The notes below the pieces were generated by a model. It did not search any database and was not told where the DNA came from. It saw nothing but the letters and a program-made list of their open reading frames with translations. A stretch of 64,000 nucleotides of DNA from contig PNNG01000022.1 in the NCBI GenBank assembly GCA_013824115.1, positions 14,610 through 78,609 on the forward strand, read 5' to 3'. How positions within the stretch are numbered: the first letter of the stretch is position 1; the number at the start of each line of letters is the position of its first letter. This document shows positions 45,441-54,860 of this stretch, piece after piece. Source of the stretch: Sphingobacteriaceae bacterium (lineage in GTDB: Bacteria; Bacteroidota; Bacteroidia; UBA7662). The position numbers were made by a program, and so were the translations under genes.

Positions 45441-46733
45441 TTATTGTTTGTACTTCTTTAGTACCAAAGCATACCCCTGGAATTTGAATGCCGTGGGAAT
45501 GCCCGAAGTAGGGTGAGTATACCAAATAGCACCTTCGGCATATCGGTCCTTTTGTTTAAGTAGCTTTTTGAAACTTTCAGCGGAAACGGGTACTCTGATA
45601 GGATATTTGCCTGGACCCTTGATGTTTCTGCCCTGTCCGTTGGTGGCCACATTCAAACGCTCGCCATTCAACTCCAATTCGCGCACAAAATATTGCTGTC
45701 CACTCAACGATTGCAATACAAATTCGGCATACCCATCGTTGCTTTCTTCAAAATAGTGCAAAATCACAGTGCCCAACAAGCGCATACTCACTTTGTTTCC
45801 AGGTAATTGAAGGACGATGGCTCTGCTGCTCCCATCGGGTAAAAGGACCTTCATTTCGCTGCTGTAGCTGCTCGACAGTGCGCAATCCGATTCATCGTAG
45901 GCCAATCGGAAGCCGCCTTCGTCTTCGCGCAGTAGCTTCCAGCGAATGCAGCTGCTGTCGGGCAAAAGCAATTTACTGCCCAACAAATGCCGGTCACCAG
46001 CCATTACCAGCACATCAGCTGTGGTAGGGGTGATGTTTACGGCCTGCAAATGCACCTGGTTGAGCAGGCGCAGGTATTGGCCCAGCAGGCTATCGGCTTT
46101 GGCGCGCCGGTAGTCGCGCAACCGCACTGGCAAGCTGCTCAACCGTTCCATTTGAAAGGCAATCATTTCAAAGTCGGAGGGTTTGTCTACGTAATAGGTA
46201 GCTGTTTCGAGGAGGTCGCTTAGCCTGCGGTCATACGCATAAAAGTGGTTACTTATGGATTGCGTCAGGCTGTTGTGCCAATGCATTTGCAGCGCTACGA
46301 AGTAATAGTTCCTTCCTTCTTTGTTGCTCCTTCGATACTCGAAGTATCGGTTTCTAATCAAATGACTGTCAATTGGTAATCCCAATATTTGAATGCCTCT
46401 CCAGCCTGCTGCTTCTGCAGTATCGAGGAGGTATTGTCGGAAGTGCGCTTGCAGCTCGGCATCGCTAAGTAGGCTGTCGTTCATGCGTACCTTGTGCATA
46501 TGCAGAACGTGCTCAATGATTTGCGCCCGGGTGTGATAGTAGGCCTCGCGCAAGGCTTCTGCAGTATCGCTTCCGGTACCATAAGCGGTAAGGGTTTGAG
46601 GTAGCGTTGTACGCAAATAGTAGGGCCGAATGCCCGAAGTACGCAGCACCTTATCGGTTTGCGGAGTACAAGCCACGCCCAGCAACAAGCCAAGCCAAGC
46701 CCAAAGAATCCAACGGATGTGTACAGGCGCCAT
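45441..46733 (-). CDS. Hypothetical lipoprotein (430 aa)
   Basis: LLLGVAC lipobox. No family recognised. Convergent with 44804-45439, with a 1-nt gap. Confidence 0.6.
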   Translation of the reverse strand: MAPVHIRWILWAWLGLLLGVACTPQTDKVLRTSGIRPYYLRTTLPQTLTAYGTGSDTAEALREAYYHTRAQIIEHVLHMHKVRMNDSLLSDAELQAHFRQYLLDTAEAAGWRGIQILGLPIDSHLIRNRYFEYRRSNKEGRNYYFVALQMHWHNSLTQSISNHFYAYDRRLSDLLETATYYVDKPSDFEMIAFQMERLSSLPVRLRDYRRAKADSLLGQYLRLLNQVHLQAVNITPTTADVLVMAGDRHLLGSKLLLPDSSCIRWKLLREDEGGFRLAYDESDCALSSSYSSEMKVLLPDGSSRAIVLQLPGNKVSMRLLGTVILHYFEESNDGYAEFVLQSLSGQQYFVRELELNGERLNVATNGQGRNIKGPGKYPIRVPVSAESFKKLLKQKDRYAEGAIWYTHPTSGIPTAFKFQGYALVLKKYKQ

Positions 46734-46854
46734 TGGGCGACGAAACTAAGGGAAAAGCTGATTTTAAACCTGACTTAATATCCACAAAGCACCACAAACC
46801 ATCGATTTTTCCATCTCCCCACCGTTTCAGCCCCATTTCCTGTAATTTTGCGCC

Positions 46855-47874
46855 ATGATTTACCAAAACGACCTCATTCTGCGGGCCGCACGTGGCGAAA
46901 GAACCGAAAGAACCCCCGTTTGGATGATGCGCCAGGCAGGCCGCATACTCAAAGAATACCGCGAAGTGCGGGCACAAGCGGGCAGTTTTAAAAACCTGGT
47001 CGAAAATCCTGCGCTGGCTGCCGAAGTCACCATCCAGCCGGTTGATTTGCTGGGCGTAGATGCCGCCATCATCTTTTCCGACATCTTGGTAGTACCCGAT
47101 GCCATGGGCTGTCGGTATGAAATGGAAGAAGCACGTGGACCGGTATTTCCACAAACCATTCGCAATACAGCCGATTTACGCTTGTTGCATGTGGCAGATC
47201 CTTCAGAATTGCAATACGTAACCGATGCCATCAGCCTCACGGTAAAGCAATTGGACGGTCGTGTTCCGGTAATTGGATTTGCCGGTGCCCCTTTTACCAT
47301 CTTTGCTTACATGACCGAAGGCAAGGGCAGCAAAACCTTTAGTATCGCTAAGAAACTTTTATATACCGACCCTGCTTTCAGCCACCGTTTGCTCGATTTA
47401 ATTACCGAAAGCACCATCGCCTACCTCAAGGCACAAATCGCAGCCGGGGCTGCCATGCTACAGCTTTTCGACAGTTGGGCGGGTATTTTGAGTCCCGACC
47501 AGTATGGCGAATTCAGCGGTCGCTACATCCACCGCATCTGTGAAGCCATTACCGAAGTGCCCGTGACCGTTTTCGCCAAGGGCGCTTGGTTTGCCATCGA
47601 AGATTTTGCGAAGTATCCATGTCGTACCATCGGGCTCGACTGGAATACCGACCCACGCTGGGCGCGCCAAGTGGTGGGACCGAACAAAACCCTTCAAGGC
47701 AACCTCGATCCCTGCCAACTGTACGCCACTCCCGAGCAAGTAGCTGAAGCCACCCGCAGCATGTTGCAGGCATTCGCTGGTGGTCCGCACATTGCCAACC
47801 TCGGCCACGGTGTTTACCCCGATACCCCGGTGGAAAGCGTAAAGGCCTTTATCAACACCGTTAAACAGGCGTAA
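46855..47874 (+). CDS. hemE: Uroporphyrinogen decarboxylase
   Basis: 339 aa. [10 protein letters not shown] signature. TAATTTTG box at 46843-46850. Confidence 0.92.
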   Translation: MIYQNDLILRAARGERTERTPVWMMRQAGRILKEYREVRAQAGSFKNLVENPALAAEVTIQPVDLLGVDAAIIFSDILVVPDAMGCRYEMEEARGPVFPQTIRNTADLRLLHVADPSELQYVTDAISLTVKQLDGRVPVIGFAGAPFTIFAYMTEGKGSKTFSIAKKLLYTDPAFSHRLLDLITESTIAYLKAQIAAGAAMLQLFDSWAGILSPDQYGEFSGRYIHRICEAITEVPVTVFAKGAWFAIEDFAKYPCRTIGLDWNTDPRWARQVVGPNKTLQGNLDPCQLYATPEQVAEATRSMLQAFAGGPHIANLGHGVYPDTPVESVKAFINTVKQA

Positions 47875-47895
47875 CCAGTCCTGCAGCAGAAGCAC

Positions 47896-48312
47896 ATGGA
47901 ATGGCAATGGACCCAACTCGATGAGGCCTCAGCACTGGCGGAGCAGTTGCTAGTAGCTGCCGGCGACCGTAAAGTGTGGTGTTTCGAAGGCAATATGGGT
48001 GCTGGCAAAACCACCCTTATTGCCGCGCTGTGCAAAGCTTTGGGCGTAGAACATGCTATTAGCTCGCCTACTTACGGCCTGGTGCATGAATATGAAGGCA
48101 GAGATGGCCTGCGTATTTGCCATTTCGATTTTTACCGCATTCAATCTGAACAAGAAGCTTTCGAAATGGGCGCCGAAGATTATTTCTTCAGTGGCGATTT
48201 CTGCTTTATTGAATGGCCCGAGCGCATCCCCAATTTATTGCCGCCTCAGGTTTTCAGGCTTAATATTGATATATTCGAACAATCAACCCGCATCATCCGT
48301 ATTTTGCCATGA
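47896..48312 (+). CDS. tsaE: tRNA t6A37 biosynthesis ATPase TsaE (YjeE)
   Basis: 138 aa. Walker A GNMGAGKTTLI; SPTYGLVHEY. Confidence 0.85.
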   Translation: MEWQWTQLDEASALAEQLLVAAGDRKVWCFEGNMGAGKTTLIAALCKALGVEHAISSPTYGLVHEYEGRDGLRICHFDFYRIQSEQEAFEMGAEDYFFSGDFCFIEWPERIPNLLPPQVFRLNIDIFEQSTRIIRILP

Positions 48313-49526
48313 GTACCCAACCCTTGGCTGGCTTCAGTTCGAAGTACAGTCCCACCACACTCGAAGCGCCCATCCGCATCTCGCGTAAAAGTACCCAATT
48401 GGTTATAGGTGTGCCCCGTGAGCGTGGCTACCAGGAAAACCGGGTATCGCTTACGCCACAGGCGGTGATGCAACTGGTAGGCATGGGCCACGAGGTCATT
48501 GTGGAAAGTAAAGCCGGTGTGGCCAGCTTTTTCAGCGATCAGGCCTATTCAGAAGCCGGCGCCCGCATTGTGTACGAAGCCGAAGAGTTATACAAAGCGC
48601 ATGTGATTGTAAAAGTGGGGCCCATTCCCGCCGAAGAGGTGAAATATTTGAGTCCGGGTAAGGTCGTATTCAGCGCCATCCACCTGCCCACCATGCAGGA
48701 AGATTACCTCAAGGCCTTGCTCGACAAAAAAATCATTGGCATTGCCTACGAATACCTGCGCGACAAAAGCGATAGCCTGCCCATTGTGCGTTCGATGAGC
48801 GAAATTGCAGGCAGTTCGGCTATCCTCATTGCGGCAGAATACATGAGCAACCAATTCCAGGGCAACGGCAAGTTGTTGGGCGGCGTATCAGGTATTCCAC
48901 CCAGTAAGGTGGTGATTTTGGGTGCCGGCACAGTTGGGGAGTTTGCTGCGCGCACCGCCCTCGGTTTAGGCAGCGATGTGCGTATTTTCGACAACAGCAT
49001 TTCGCGCCTCAAGCGATTGCAGAACAACTTGGGTCAACGTGTATTTACCTCGGTGATTCAACCCGAGATTTTGGGTGAAGAGCTGCGTTCGGCCGATGTA
49101 GCTGTGGGTGCCATGCATGCCGAAAAAGGCCGTGCACCCATGGTGGTGAGCGAAGAAATGGTGCAGCGCATGAAGCCCGGATCGGTAATCATAGATGTAA
49201 GCATCGACCAAGGGGGTTGTTTTGAAACTTCTGAAGTCACCAACCACACCAAACCCGTTTTTAAGAAGTACGACGTGATTCATTATTGTGTGCCCAACAT
49301 CCCTTCGCGGGTATCGCAAACAGCTTCGGTTTCTTTGAGTAACGTTTTGGCTAATCTGCTGTTAGACGCAGGTGAACACGGTGGGATAGAGAGTTACCTC
49401 TGGCTCGAAAAAGGGCTGCGCGCCGGTATTTACTGCTACAACGGACAGCTTACCAATAAATACCTCAGCGAAAAATTCAATATTCCGTTTACCAATTTGG
49501 AGCTCATTGCTTCTGCCCGTATGTGA
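48309..49526 (+). CDS. Alanine dehydrogenase/PNT-family NAD-binding protein
   Basis: 405 aa. AlaDH/PNT N-domain (IGVPRERGYQENRVSLTP) and Rossmann motif VVILGAGTVG. Confidence 0.75.
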   Translation: MSTQPLAGFSSKYSPTTLEAPIRISRKSTQLVIGVPRERGYQENRVSLTPQAVMQLVGMGHEVIVESKAGVASFFSDQAYSEAGARIVYEAEELYKAHVIVKVGPIPAEEVKYLSPGKVVFSAIHLPTMQEDYLKALLDKKIIGIAYEYLRDKSDSLPIVRSMSEIAGSSAILIAAEYMSNQFQGNGKLLGGVSGIPPSKVVILGAGTVGEFAARTALGLGSDVRIFDNSISRLKRLQNNLGQRVFTSVIQPEILGEELRSADVAVGAMHAEKGRAPMVVSEEMVQRMKPGSVIIDVSIDQGGCFETSEVTNHTKPVFKKYDVIHYCVPNIPSRVSQTASVSLSNVLANLLLDAGEHGGIESYLWLEKGLRAGIYCYNGQLTNKYLSEKFNIPFTNLELIASARM

Positions 49527-49812
49527 AGATGTTGCGGTCAGCTTGAGTACATCATCCTCCGCTAGAAGTGCAGGGTATGCCTCAGCAAATGGGTAGATAG
49601 CCCCAAGCCTCTAAGGTTGCAGTTTGCTATACTGCATTGAGTCGCTTTAGCATAAGCTATTGCCAAATAGCGCTTAGAAGTTTACGGTTATTCTCGTTTT
49701 CCGTTCGTCGAAGGTTCTAAGGGTGTTTTAGGCGCATCGCAATCGGTTTTTTTTCATTGGCAGTCTCCCAAAATTGCCCTATCATTATGCTTTCATTAAG
49801 GCATTGTAAAGC

Positions 49813-50694
49813 ATGACACCGAGGGGAAAACTCATTGTGATTGGAGGCGCCGTTGATACGGGCAGTTTTACCGAAAAAAACTATAAAAAAGACGATAGCA
49901 ACCTCAACTTCTTTGAGGAAGGCATTCTGAAACGCATACTCACAGAATCGGCCAAAGGCAAAGAGTCACGCATCGAAATCATTCCTACTGCCTCGCAAAT
50001 GCCAGTGGAAGTGGGCAACGAATATGTAAAAGCATTCTCTTACCTCGATGCACACAATACGGGCGTATTGTTTATCAGCACCCGCGACGAGGCCAACGAT
50101 TCAGCCATTATCGAGCGATTGGCCAACGCCGACGTGGTTGTTTTTACGGGTGGTGATCAATTGCGGCTGACGTCTATTTTGGGAGGCACGGAGTTTCATC
50201 ACTTGCTATTAAAAAAATACCGTGAAACCGATTTCCTGCTGGCTGGTACCTCAGCTGGAGCAGCAGCCTGCTCTAACAATATGATTTACCAAGGCTCAGC
50301 ATCGGAGGCCTTGTTAAAAGGTGAGGTGAAAATCACCAGTGGCTTGGGACTCATCAACGATGTGATTATCGATACCCACTTCGTGCAGCGTGGTCGCATT
50401 GGGCGTTTGTTTCAGGCGGTGGTGAGCAATCCCATGGCTTTAGGCATTGGTTTGGGTGAAGACACCGGTTTGTTGATCAAAAATGGGGGAGAGATGATTG
50501 CGGTAGGCTCGGGCTTGGTGATTTTGGTCGATGGTCGACATGTGCGCGACACCAACATTACCGATGTACCTTTGGGCGCGCCTATTTCCATCAGCAACTT
50601 GGTGGTGCACGTGATGAGCAAAGGAGATTATTTCGATGTAGTAACCCGACAATTGACCATTCACAAAGAGCCGCAATTGGCCGAAAAGGAATAA
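49813..50694 (+). CDS. cphE: Cyanophycinase (peptidase S51)
   Basis: 293 aa. KLIVIGGA…, VVVFTGGDQLRL, nucleophile motif AGTSAGAAA. Length fits cyanophycinase rather than dipeptidase E. Confidence 0.7.
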   Translation: MTPRGKLIVIGGAVDTGSFTEKNYKKDDSNLNFFEEGILKRILTESAKGKESRIEIIPTASQMPVEVGNEYVKAFSYLDAHNTGVLFISTRDEANDSAIIERLANADVVVFTGGDQLRLTSILGGTEFHHLLLKKYRETDFLLAGTSAGAAACSNNMIYQGSASEALLKGEVKITSGLGLINDVIIDTHFVQRGRIGRLFQAVVSNPMALGIGLGEDTGLLIKNGGEMIAVGSGLVILVDGRHVRDTNITDVPLGAPISISNLVVHVMSKGDYFDVVTRQLTIHKEPQLAEKE

Positions 50695-50700
50695 AAATGA

Positions 50701-50726
50701 GGAGGACCACCCGGTCCTCCTTTTTT
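50701..50726. terminator. Bidirectional terminator hairpin between the convergent cphE and Fic genes
   Basis: ggaggacc-accc-ggtcctcc followed by tttttt, and preceded by an A-rich run. Confidence 0.7.
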
Positions 50727-51792
50727 ATTCGCCACTTAGTTCAAGGTGTTCTTGAAGGGAAGTGCGTACTGACTCAAGTACCAGTTTGTAGAAAGGCACC
50801 TTGCTGTTTTCGGTACGAACCGCTTCCAGGGCTTGGTAATAGGCCATCCGGCTGTTGAGATCACCTTTGAGATTGGCAAGGGTATAGCCGTTTTGGAGCA
50901 GAATGAGGTTCATTACCAAGCGCGAAGTTCGGCCATTTCCGTCGATGAAAGGGTGAATGCTCACCAACCGCTCGTGCATTTCTGCTGCAAGAAGTACGGG
51001 ATGAAGTTGCTTGCGAAGAACGGCATATTGCTCAAAGTACCCATCCATGAGGGCTTCAAGGCGCCATGGTTCCGGTGGTATGTGGCTGCTGCCACTGATG
51101 CGCACCGGCACCCGCCTGTAAATGCCCGCATTTTCTCTGTCTATGTTTCTGAGGATGAGCCCGTGCAATTGAAGCAACACATAGCGGTTCAAAGGCGTCT
51201 TTTGCTGAACCAGTTCTTCCAGCAAAACGATGGCCTCGGCATGATTAATGGCTTCAAGGTGCTCGCGCATGCTTTTGCCACCTATGGTTACCCCTTGACT
51301 TACCACTAGGAATGTTTCTTGGAGCGTAAGCGTATTTCCTTCGATGCGGTTACTTTCATAGGTGTATGACGTATGGAAATGCTCCTGCATACGTTGAAGC
51401 TGCATGGCATTCAGGGGCTTTTTTGCTTGCCAACGCAATTGCATGGCGGTTACTTCTTCCAACAAGGGCGTGAGTATTTCATGCCCGTTAGGGGGCAGGA
51501 CAGGTTCTTTTTTGGCAGTTTGATAAATGACTTCAACGTCAGACACAATGTTACTCAAATCATCATCCTCAGATAAAAGGTCATGGATCTGTTGGGCGAG
51601 CCATTTGTTTCTCAAGCTTTTGTAATCTAGCGAAAGTACGCTGGCAAGCTCACTAAGGTGATTTTCGGAGGGTAGCCGTAAACCGTTTTCATATTTGCTA
51701 AGCAAGGAAACATCAATAGCAGTCAGACCCGAAAGTGCTCTCAAGCTCAAATGCTGTTTAACCCTTTCATTTTTTAATTGCTCGTTTAACAT
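50725..51792 (-). CDS. Fic-family protein (AMPylase-type) with N-terminal XRE HTH and an intramolecular inhibitory motif
   Basis: 355 aa. Fic motif HPFIDGNGRTSRL. SNRIEG fits the (S/T)xxxE(G/N) inhibitory helix. N-terminal HTH LSLRALSGLTAIDVSLLSKYENG. Confidence 0.85.
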   Translation of the reverse strand: MLNEQLKNERVKQHLSLRALSGLTAIDVSLLSKYENGLRLPSENHLSELASVLSLDYKSLRNKWLAQQIHDLLSEDDDLSNIVSDVEVIYQTAKKEPVLPPNGHEILTPLLEEVTAMQLRWQAKKPLNAMQLQRMQEHFHTSYTYESNRIEGNTLTLQETFLVVSQGVTIGGKSMREHLEAINHAEAIVLLEELVQQKTPLNRYVLLQLHGLILRNIDRENAGIYRRVPVRISGSSHIPPEPWRLEALMDGYFEQYAVLRKQLHPVLLAAEMHERLVSIHPFIDGNGRTSRLVMNLILLQNGYTLANLKGDLNSRMAYYQALEAVRTENSKVPFYKLVLESVRTSLQEHLELSGE

Positions 51793-51796
51793 ATTT

Positions 51797-51822
51797 CCTC
51801 CTTATTTGACAAATATAGTCAA
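51797..51822 (-). promoter_or_regulatory. Fic 5' region: perfect AAGGAGG Shine-Dalgarno core, TATATTTG -7-like box and TTGAC-N7-GTCAA palindrome
   Basis: Minus strand reads TTGACTATATTTGTCAAATAAGGAGGAAATATG. The SD core is at 51797-51803, 4 nt from the ATG. The palindrome at 51806-51822 contains the box at 51810-51817. Confidence 0.4.
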
Positions 51823-51899
51823 CAAATGTACAAAAATAGTCCAATTAATTTTCATCCAATCATTCACTTTATTTTTGAACTTCGCGCTAAATGTAAATC

Positions 51900-52748
51900 A
51901 TGGTCCAGCCCAAACTTATCATCCACGGAGGATTTTTCAGTGAGTCAAATACCGATGCTGCCACCAAACTGGCCAAGCAAGAAAGCATGAAGCGCATTGT
52001 TTCACTGGCACATGCGTTTTTGCTTAAGCACTCGGCCTTGGATACAGTAGTTTATGCTTGTGAGCTGTTAGAGAATGATCCCTTGTTCAATGCAGGTACA
52101 GGTTCGCAAATTCAAAGCGACGGCAGCGTACGTATGAGCGCGAGTATCATGGATGGTGTAACACGTAAGTTCAGCGGTGTTATCAATATCCAGGATGTGA
52201 AGAATCCGATTCGCGTGGCCGAACAACTGATGGCATATGATGATCGTGTACTGGGTGGTGAGGGAGCAACGGCTTTCGCACGCAATCAGGGTTTCGAGCA
52301 CTTTGATGTGCGCATTCCACAGCGCATTAAAGAATGGGAGATCAAGGCAGCTTCACAAGGTAAAGGAACTGTGGGTTGTGTGGCCTTGGATGCCGCAGGA
52401 AAGCTAGCTGCAGCTACCAGCACAGGTGGCAAAGGTTTTGAAATGGTGGGACGAATCAGTGATTCCGCTACGGTTGCTGGTAATTTTGCAAATGCACACG
52501 TAGGTATCAGTTGTACTGGAGTGGGTGAAGACATCGTGAGCGCCTCCTTGGCTGCTGCCATTGGTATCAGGGTCACAGATGGTATGCCACTTGATCAGGC
52601 CTATAAGAGGAGCTTTGCTGAGTTGGCAGCCTACGATGGATTTGCAGGAGCAATTGCCCTGACAGCTGGGGGAGAATGGTACCACCTCGATAGTCACCCG
52701 AGTATGGTTTATGCTTTCACGGATGGCATTTTCTTGGATATCTTTTAG
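51900..52748 (+). CDS. iaaA: Isoaspartyl peptidase / L-asparaginase (Ntn hydrolase)
   Basis: 282 aa. Autocleavage/nucleophile motif GTVGCVALD; NAGTGS; TSTGG. TATTTTTG box at 51870-51877. Confidence 0.8.
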   Translation: MVQPKLIIHGGFFSESNTDAATKLAKQESMKRIVSLAHAFLLKHSALDTVVYACELLENDPLFNAGTGSQIQSDGSVRMSASIMDGVTRKFSGVINIQDVKNPIRVAEQLMAYDDRVLGGEGATAFARNQGFEHFDVRIPQRIKEWEIKAASQGKGTVGCVALDAAGKLAAATSTGGKGFEMVGRISDSATVAGNFANAHVGISCTGVGEDIVSASLAAAIGIRVTDGMPLDQAYKRSFAELAAYDGFAGAIALTAGGEWYHLDSHPSMVYAFTDGIFLDIF

Positions 52749-52850
52749 ATAAAGACTCATTAGTTTTTTCATTTGAGTCATTTTGATTATTTATTTTGCA
52801 GGATATTTAGACATATATATCTTTATATCCGAAAACCAATCACAAACGCC

Positions 52851-53438
52851 ATGACACATCTACGCAAACTCCAAAAAGTACTGCTTTTCCTAGTCCTGGG
52901 TTCCTTGGTGCTCTCTTGGATGGGGGTGATGCGGTTTAGTAATCGCTCGCACCAAATGACCATTGCCGGTACATCTAATCTGCACGATTGGACCACCAAT
53001 GTAGAAGACATCACCTTAATTGCTGAAATGGAATTGGTGAACGGTTATGTAAGCACTGTTGGTACCGTTACCATGTCGGCCAAAGTAAATAGTATCAAAA
53101 GCGATAAAGGAAGTGTGATGGATAACAAAACCAAAGAAGCTTTAAAGGGCGATAAACACCCTAACATTATCTACAAATTGCGTCAGGTAGAAATTGCTCA
53201 GCTCAAAGACAAGATTTCTAAATTAAGTACCGAAGGCACCCTCAGCATAGCCGGCGTAACCAAGCCTGTAAAAATGGATGTGTTTGCACGTCAATTGCCT
53301 AGTGGAGAAGTAGAAGTTTGGGGCGCCAATGCCATCAGCATGAAAGATTACGGAATGCAGGCACCAACCGCATTGATGGGAACCATAAAAACCGGTGACG
53401 CCGTAACTGTGCGCTACAGTGTCATCTTGAAAAAATAA
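52851..53438 (+). CDS. YceI-family periplasmic protein
   Basis: ATG at 52851 (MTHLRKLQKVLLFLVLGSLVLSW). IAGTSNLHDWT is a YceI-like motif. Confidence 0.65.
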   Translation: MTHLRKLQKVLLFLVLGSLVLSWMGVMRFSNRSHQMTIAGTSNLHDWTTNVEDITLIAEMELVNGYVSTVGTVTMSAKVNSIKSDKGSVMDNKTKEALKGDKHPNIIYKLRQVEIAQLKDKISKLSTEGTLSIAGVTKPVKMDVFARQLPSGEVEVWGANAISMKDYGMQAPTALMGTIKTGDAVTVRYSVILKK

Positions 53439-53465
53439 CCACAAACCACCCTTAAAAAACATCCA

Positions 53466-54794
53466 ATGAAAAAGCAAATTACCTGGTTGGGCCTGGCCCT
53501 CCTCGCCCTCACTGCACAACCTGCAGCAGCGCAACAAGCCGAAATGCAGTACTTCAGGCATTACGACCAACGCGGTCTACACATGTTTGAAACGCCTAAA
53601 CAAGATTCAGTTGAATACAAAGGACTGGCAGTTCGCGTTGGCGGACACTTCAGCCAGACTTTTCAGGCCATCGGCCATGAAAACAATGCAAACATGATTC
53701 TTAACACCGCAACACCTCCGCAAAACATCAATGAGCTAAAAAGAATCACTCCCGGCTTCAACTTGGCCACTGCTAACCTAAACATCGATGCCCAGTTGGC
53801 TGATGGTATTCGCCTGAACCTGGTAACCTACCTCTCATCACGTCACCACTCTGAAACTTGGGTAAAGGCCGGCTTCATTCAATTCGATAAACTGACTTTC
53901 CTGAAATCAGCAGCCATCGACAACGCCATGCAGTACCTCACCATCCGTGCAGGTCAGATGCAAATCAACTACGGTGACGCACAATTTCGCCGCTCCGACA
54001 ACGGTAACGGCATGTACCAGCCATTCGTAGGCAACGTGATTTTAGACGCATTTGATACCCAAATTGGTACCGAGATCATTTTCCAGAACAAAGGCTGGTT
54101 GGGTGTTGTAGGGATCACTTCAGGTGAAAACAAAGGCGTGATTACTCCTGGCCCACAAGTACCTACCGACCCCAACAAAAATCTGTCTCCAGCATTTTTG
54201 GTGAAAGCCGGTTACGATAAGCAAATGAATGAAGATCTTCGCTTGCGCTTGACTGGTTCAATGTACCACACTGCAAGCTCTGGCCGTAACTACCTTTATG
54301 ATGGCGACCGCGCAGGTTCACGTTACTACCTTGTAATGGAGAATGTGAATGCAACTGCTGCAAGCCCTCACTACTCTGGCCATTTTATTCCTGGCTTCAA
54401 CGACAATGTGACTGCCATCATGATTAACCCCTTCGTGAAGTGGAAAGGCCTTGAGTTCTTCGGTATCTACGAAACTGCCAGTGGTCGTTCTCATGCAGAA
54501 CTTGCCGACCGTGGTGTACAACAAATCTCAGGTGAAGTAATCTACCGCTTCGGACGCAACGAAAGCATCTTCGTAGGTGGTCGTTACAACCAAGTATCTG
54601 GTCAGTTGGCCGGTGCCGGAACTCCCGAGGTAAGTATGGACCGTGTACAATTGGGTGCCGGTTGGTTCATGACCCCCAACATTTTGTTGAAAGGTGAATT
54701 CATCAACCAGAATTACAACAATTATCCTGCAGCAAACCGCTTTGCTGAAGGCAAATTCAATGGATTTATGATCGAAGCCGCAGTAGGTTTCTGA
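53466..54794 (+). CDS. Outer-membrane porin-like beta-barrel protein
   Basis: 442 aa with a signal peptide (LALLALTAQPAAAQQ). Alternating strand pattern; C-terminal …MIEAAVGF. Confidence 0.55.
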   Translation: MKKQITWLGLALLALTAQPAAAQQAEMQYFRHYDQRGLHMFETPKQDSVEYKGLAVRVGGHFSQTFQAIGHENNANMILNTATPPQNINELKRITPGFNLATANLNIDAQLADGIRLNLVTYLSSRHHSETWVKAGFIQFDKLTFLKSAAIDNAMQYLTIRAGQMQINYGDAQFRRSDNGNGMYQPFVGNVILDAFDTQIGTEIIFQNKGWLGVVGITSGENKGVITPGPQVPTDPNKNLSPAFLVKAGYDKQMNEDLRLRLTGSMYHTASSGRNYLYDGDRAGSRYYLVMENVNATAASPHYSGHFIPGFNDNVTAIMINPFVKWKGLEFFGIYETASGRSHAELADRGVQQISGEVIYRFGRNESIFVGGRYNQVSGQLAGAGTPEVSMDRVQLGAGWFMTPNILLKGEFINQNYNNYPAANRFAEGKFNGFMIEAAVGF

Positions 54795-54817
54795 GAATTT
54801 TCATAGCAATAGGTTGG

Positions 54818-54848
54818 AGGCCGCGTCGTGAGACGCGGCCTTTTTTTC
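54818..54848 (+). terminator. Rho-independent terminator
   Basis: aggccgcgtc-gtga-gacgcggcct followed by ttttttt. Confidence 0.8.
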
Positions 54849-54860
54849 GTTTATTTGCGC

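Noticed and set aside
46843-46850. TAnnTTTG boxes only 4-5 nt upstream of start codons (hemE at 46843-46850; also 44793-44800).
   Set aside because: The sequence matches the Bacteroidota -7 consensus. The spacing would put the transcription start at or inside the start codon (a leaderless mRNA), which I cannot confirm. I mention them in the evidence fields but do not call them as separate features.
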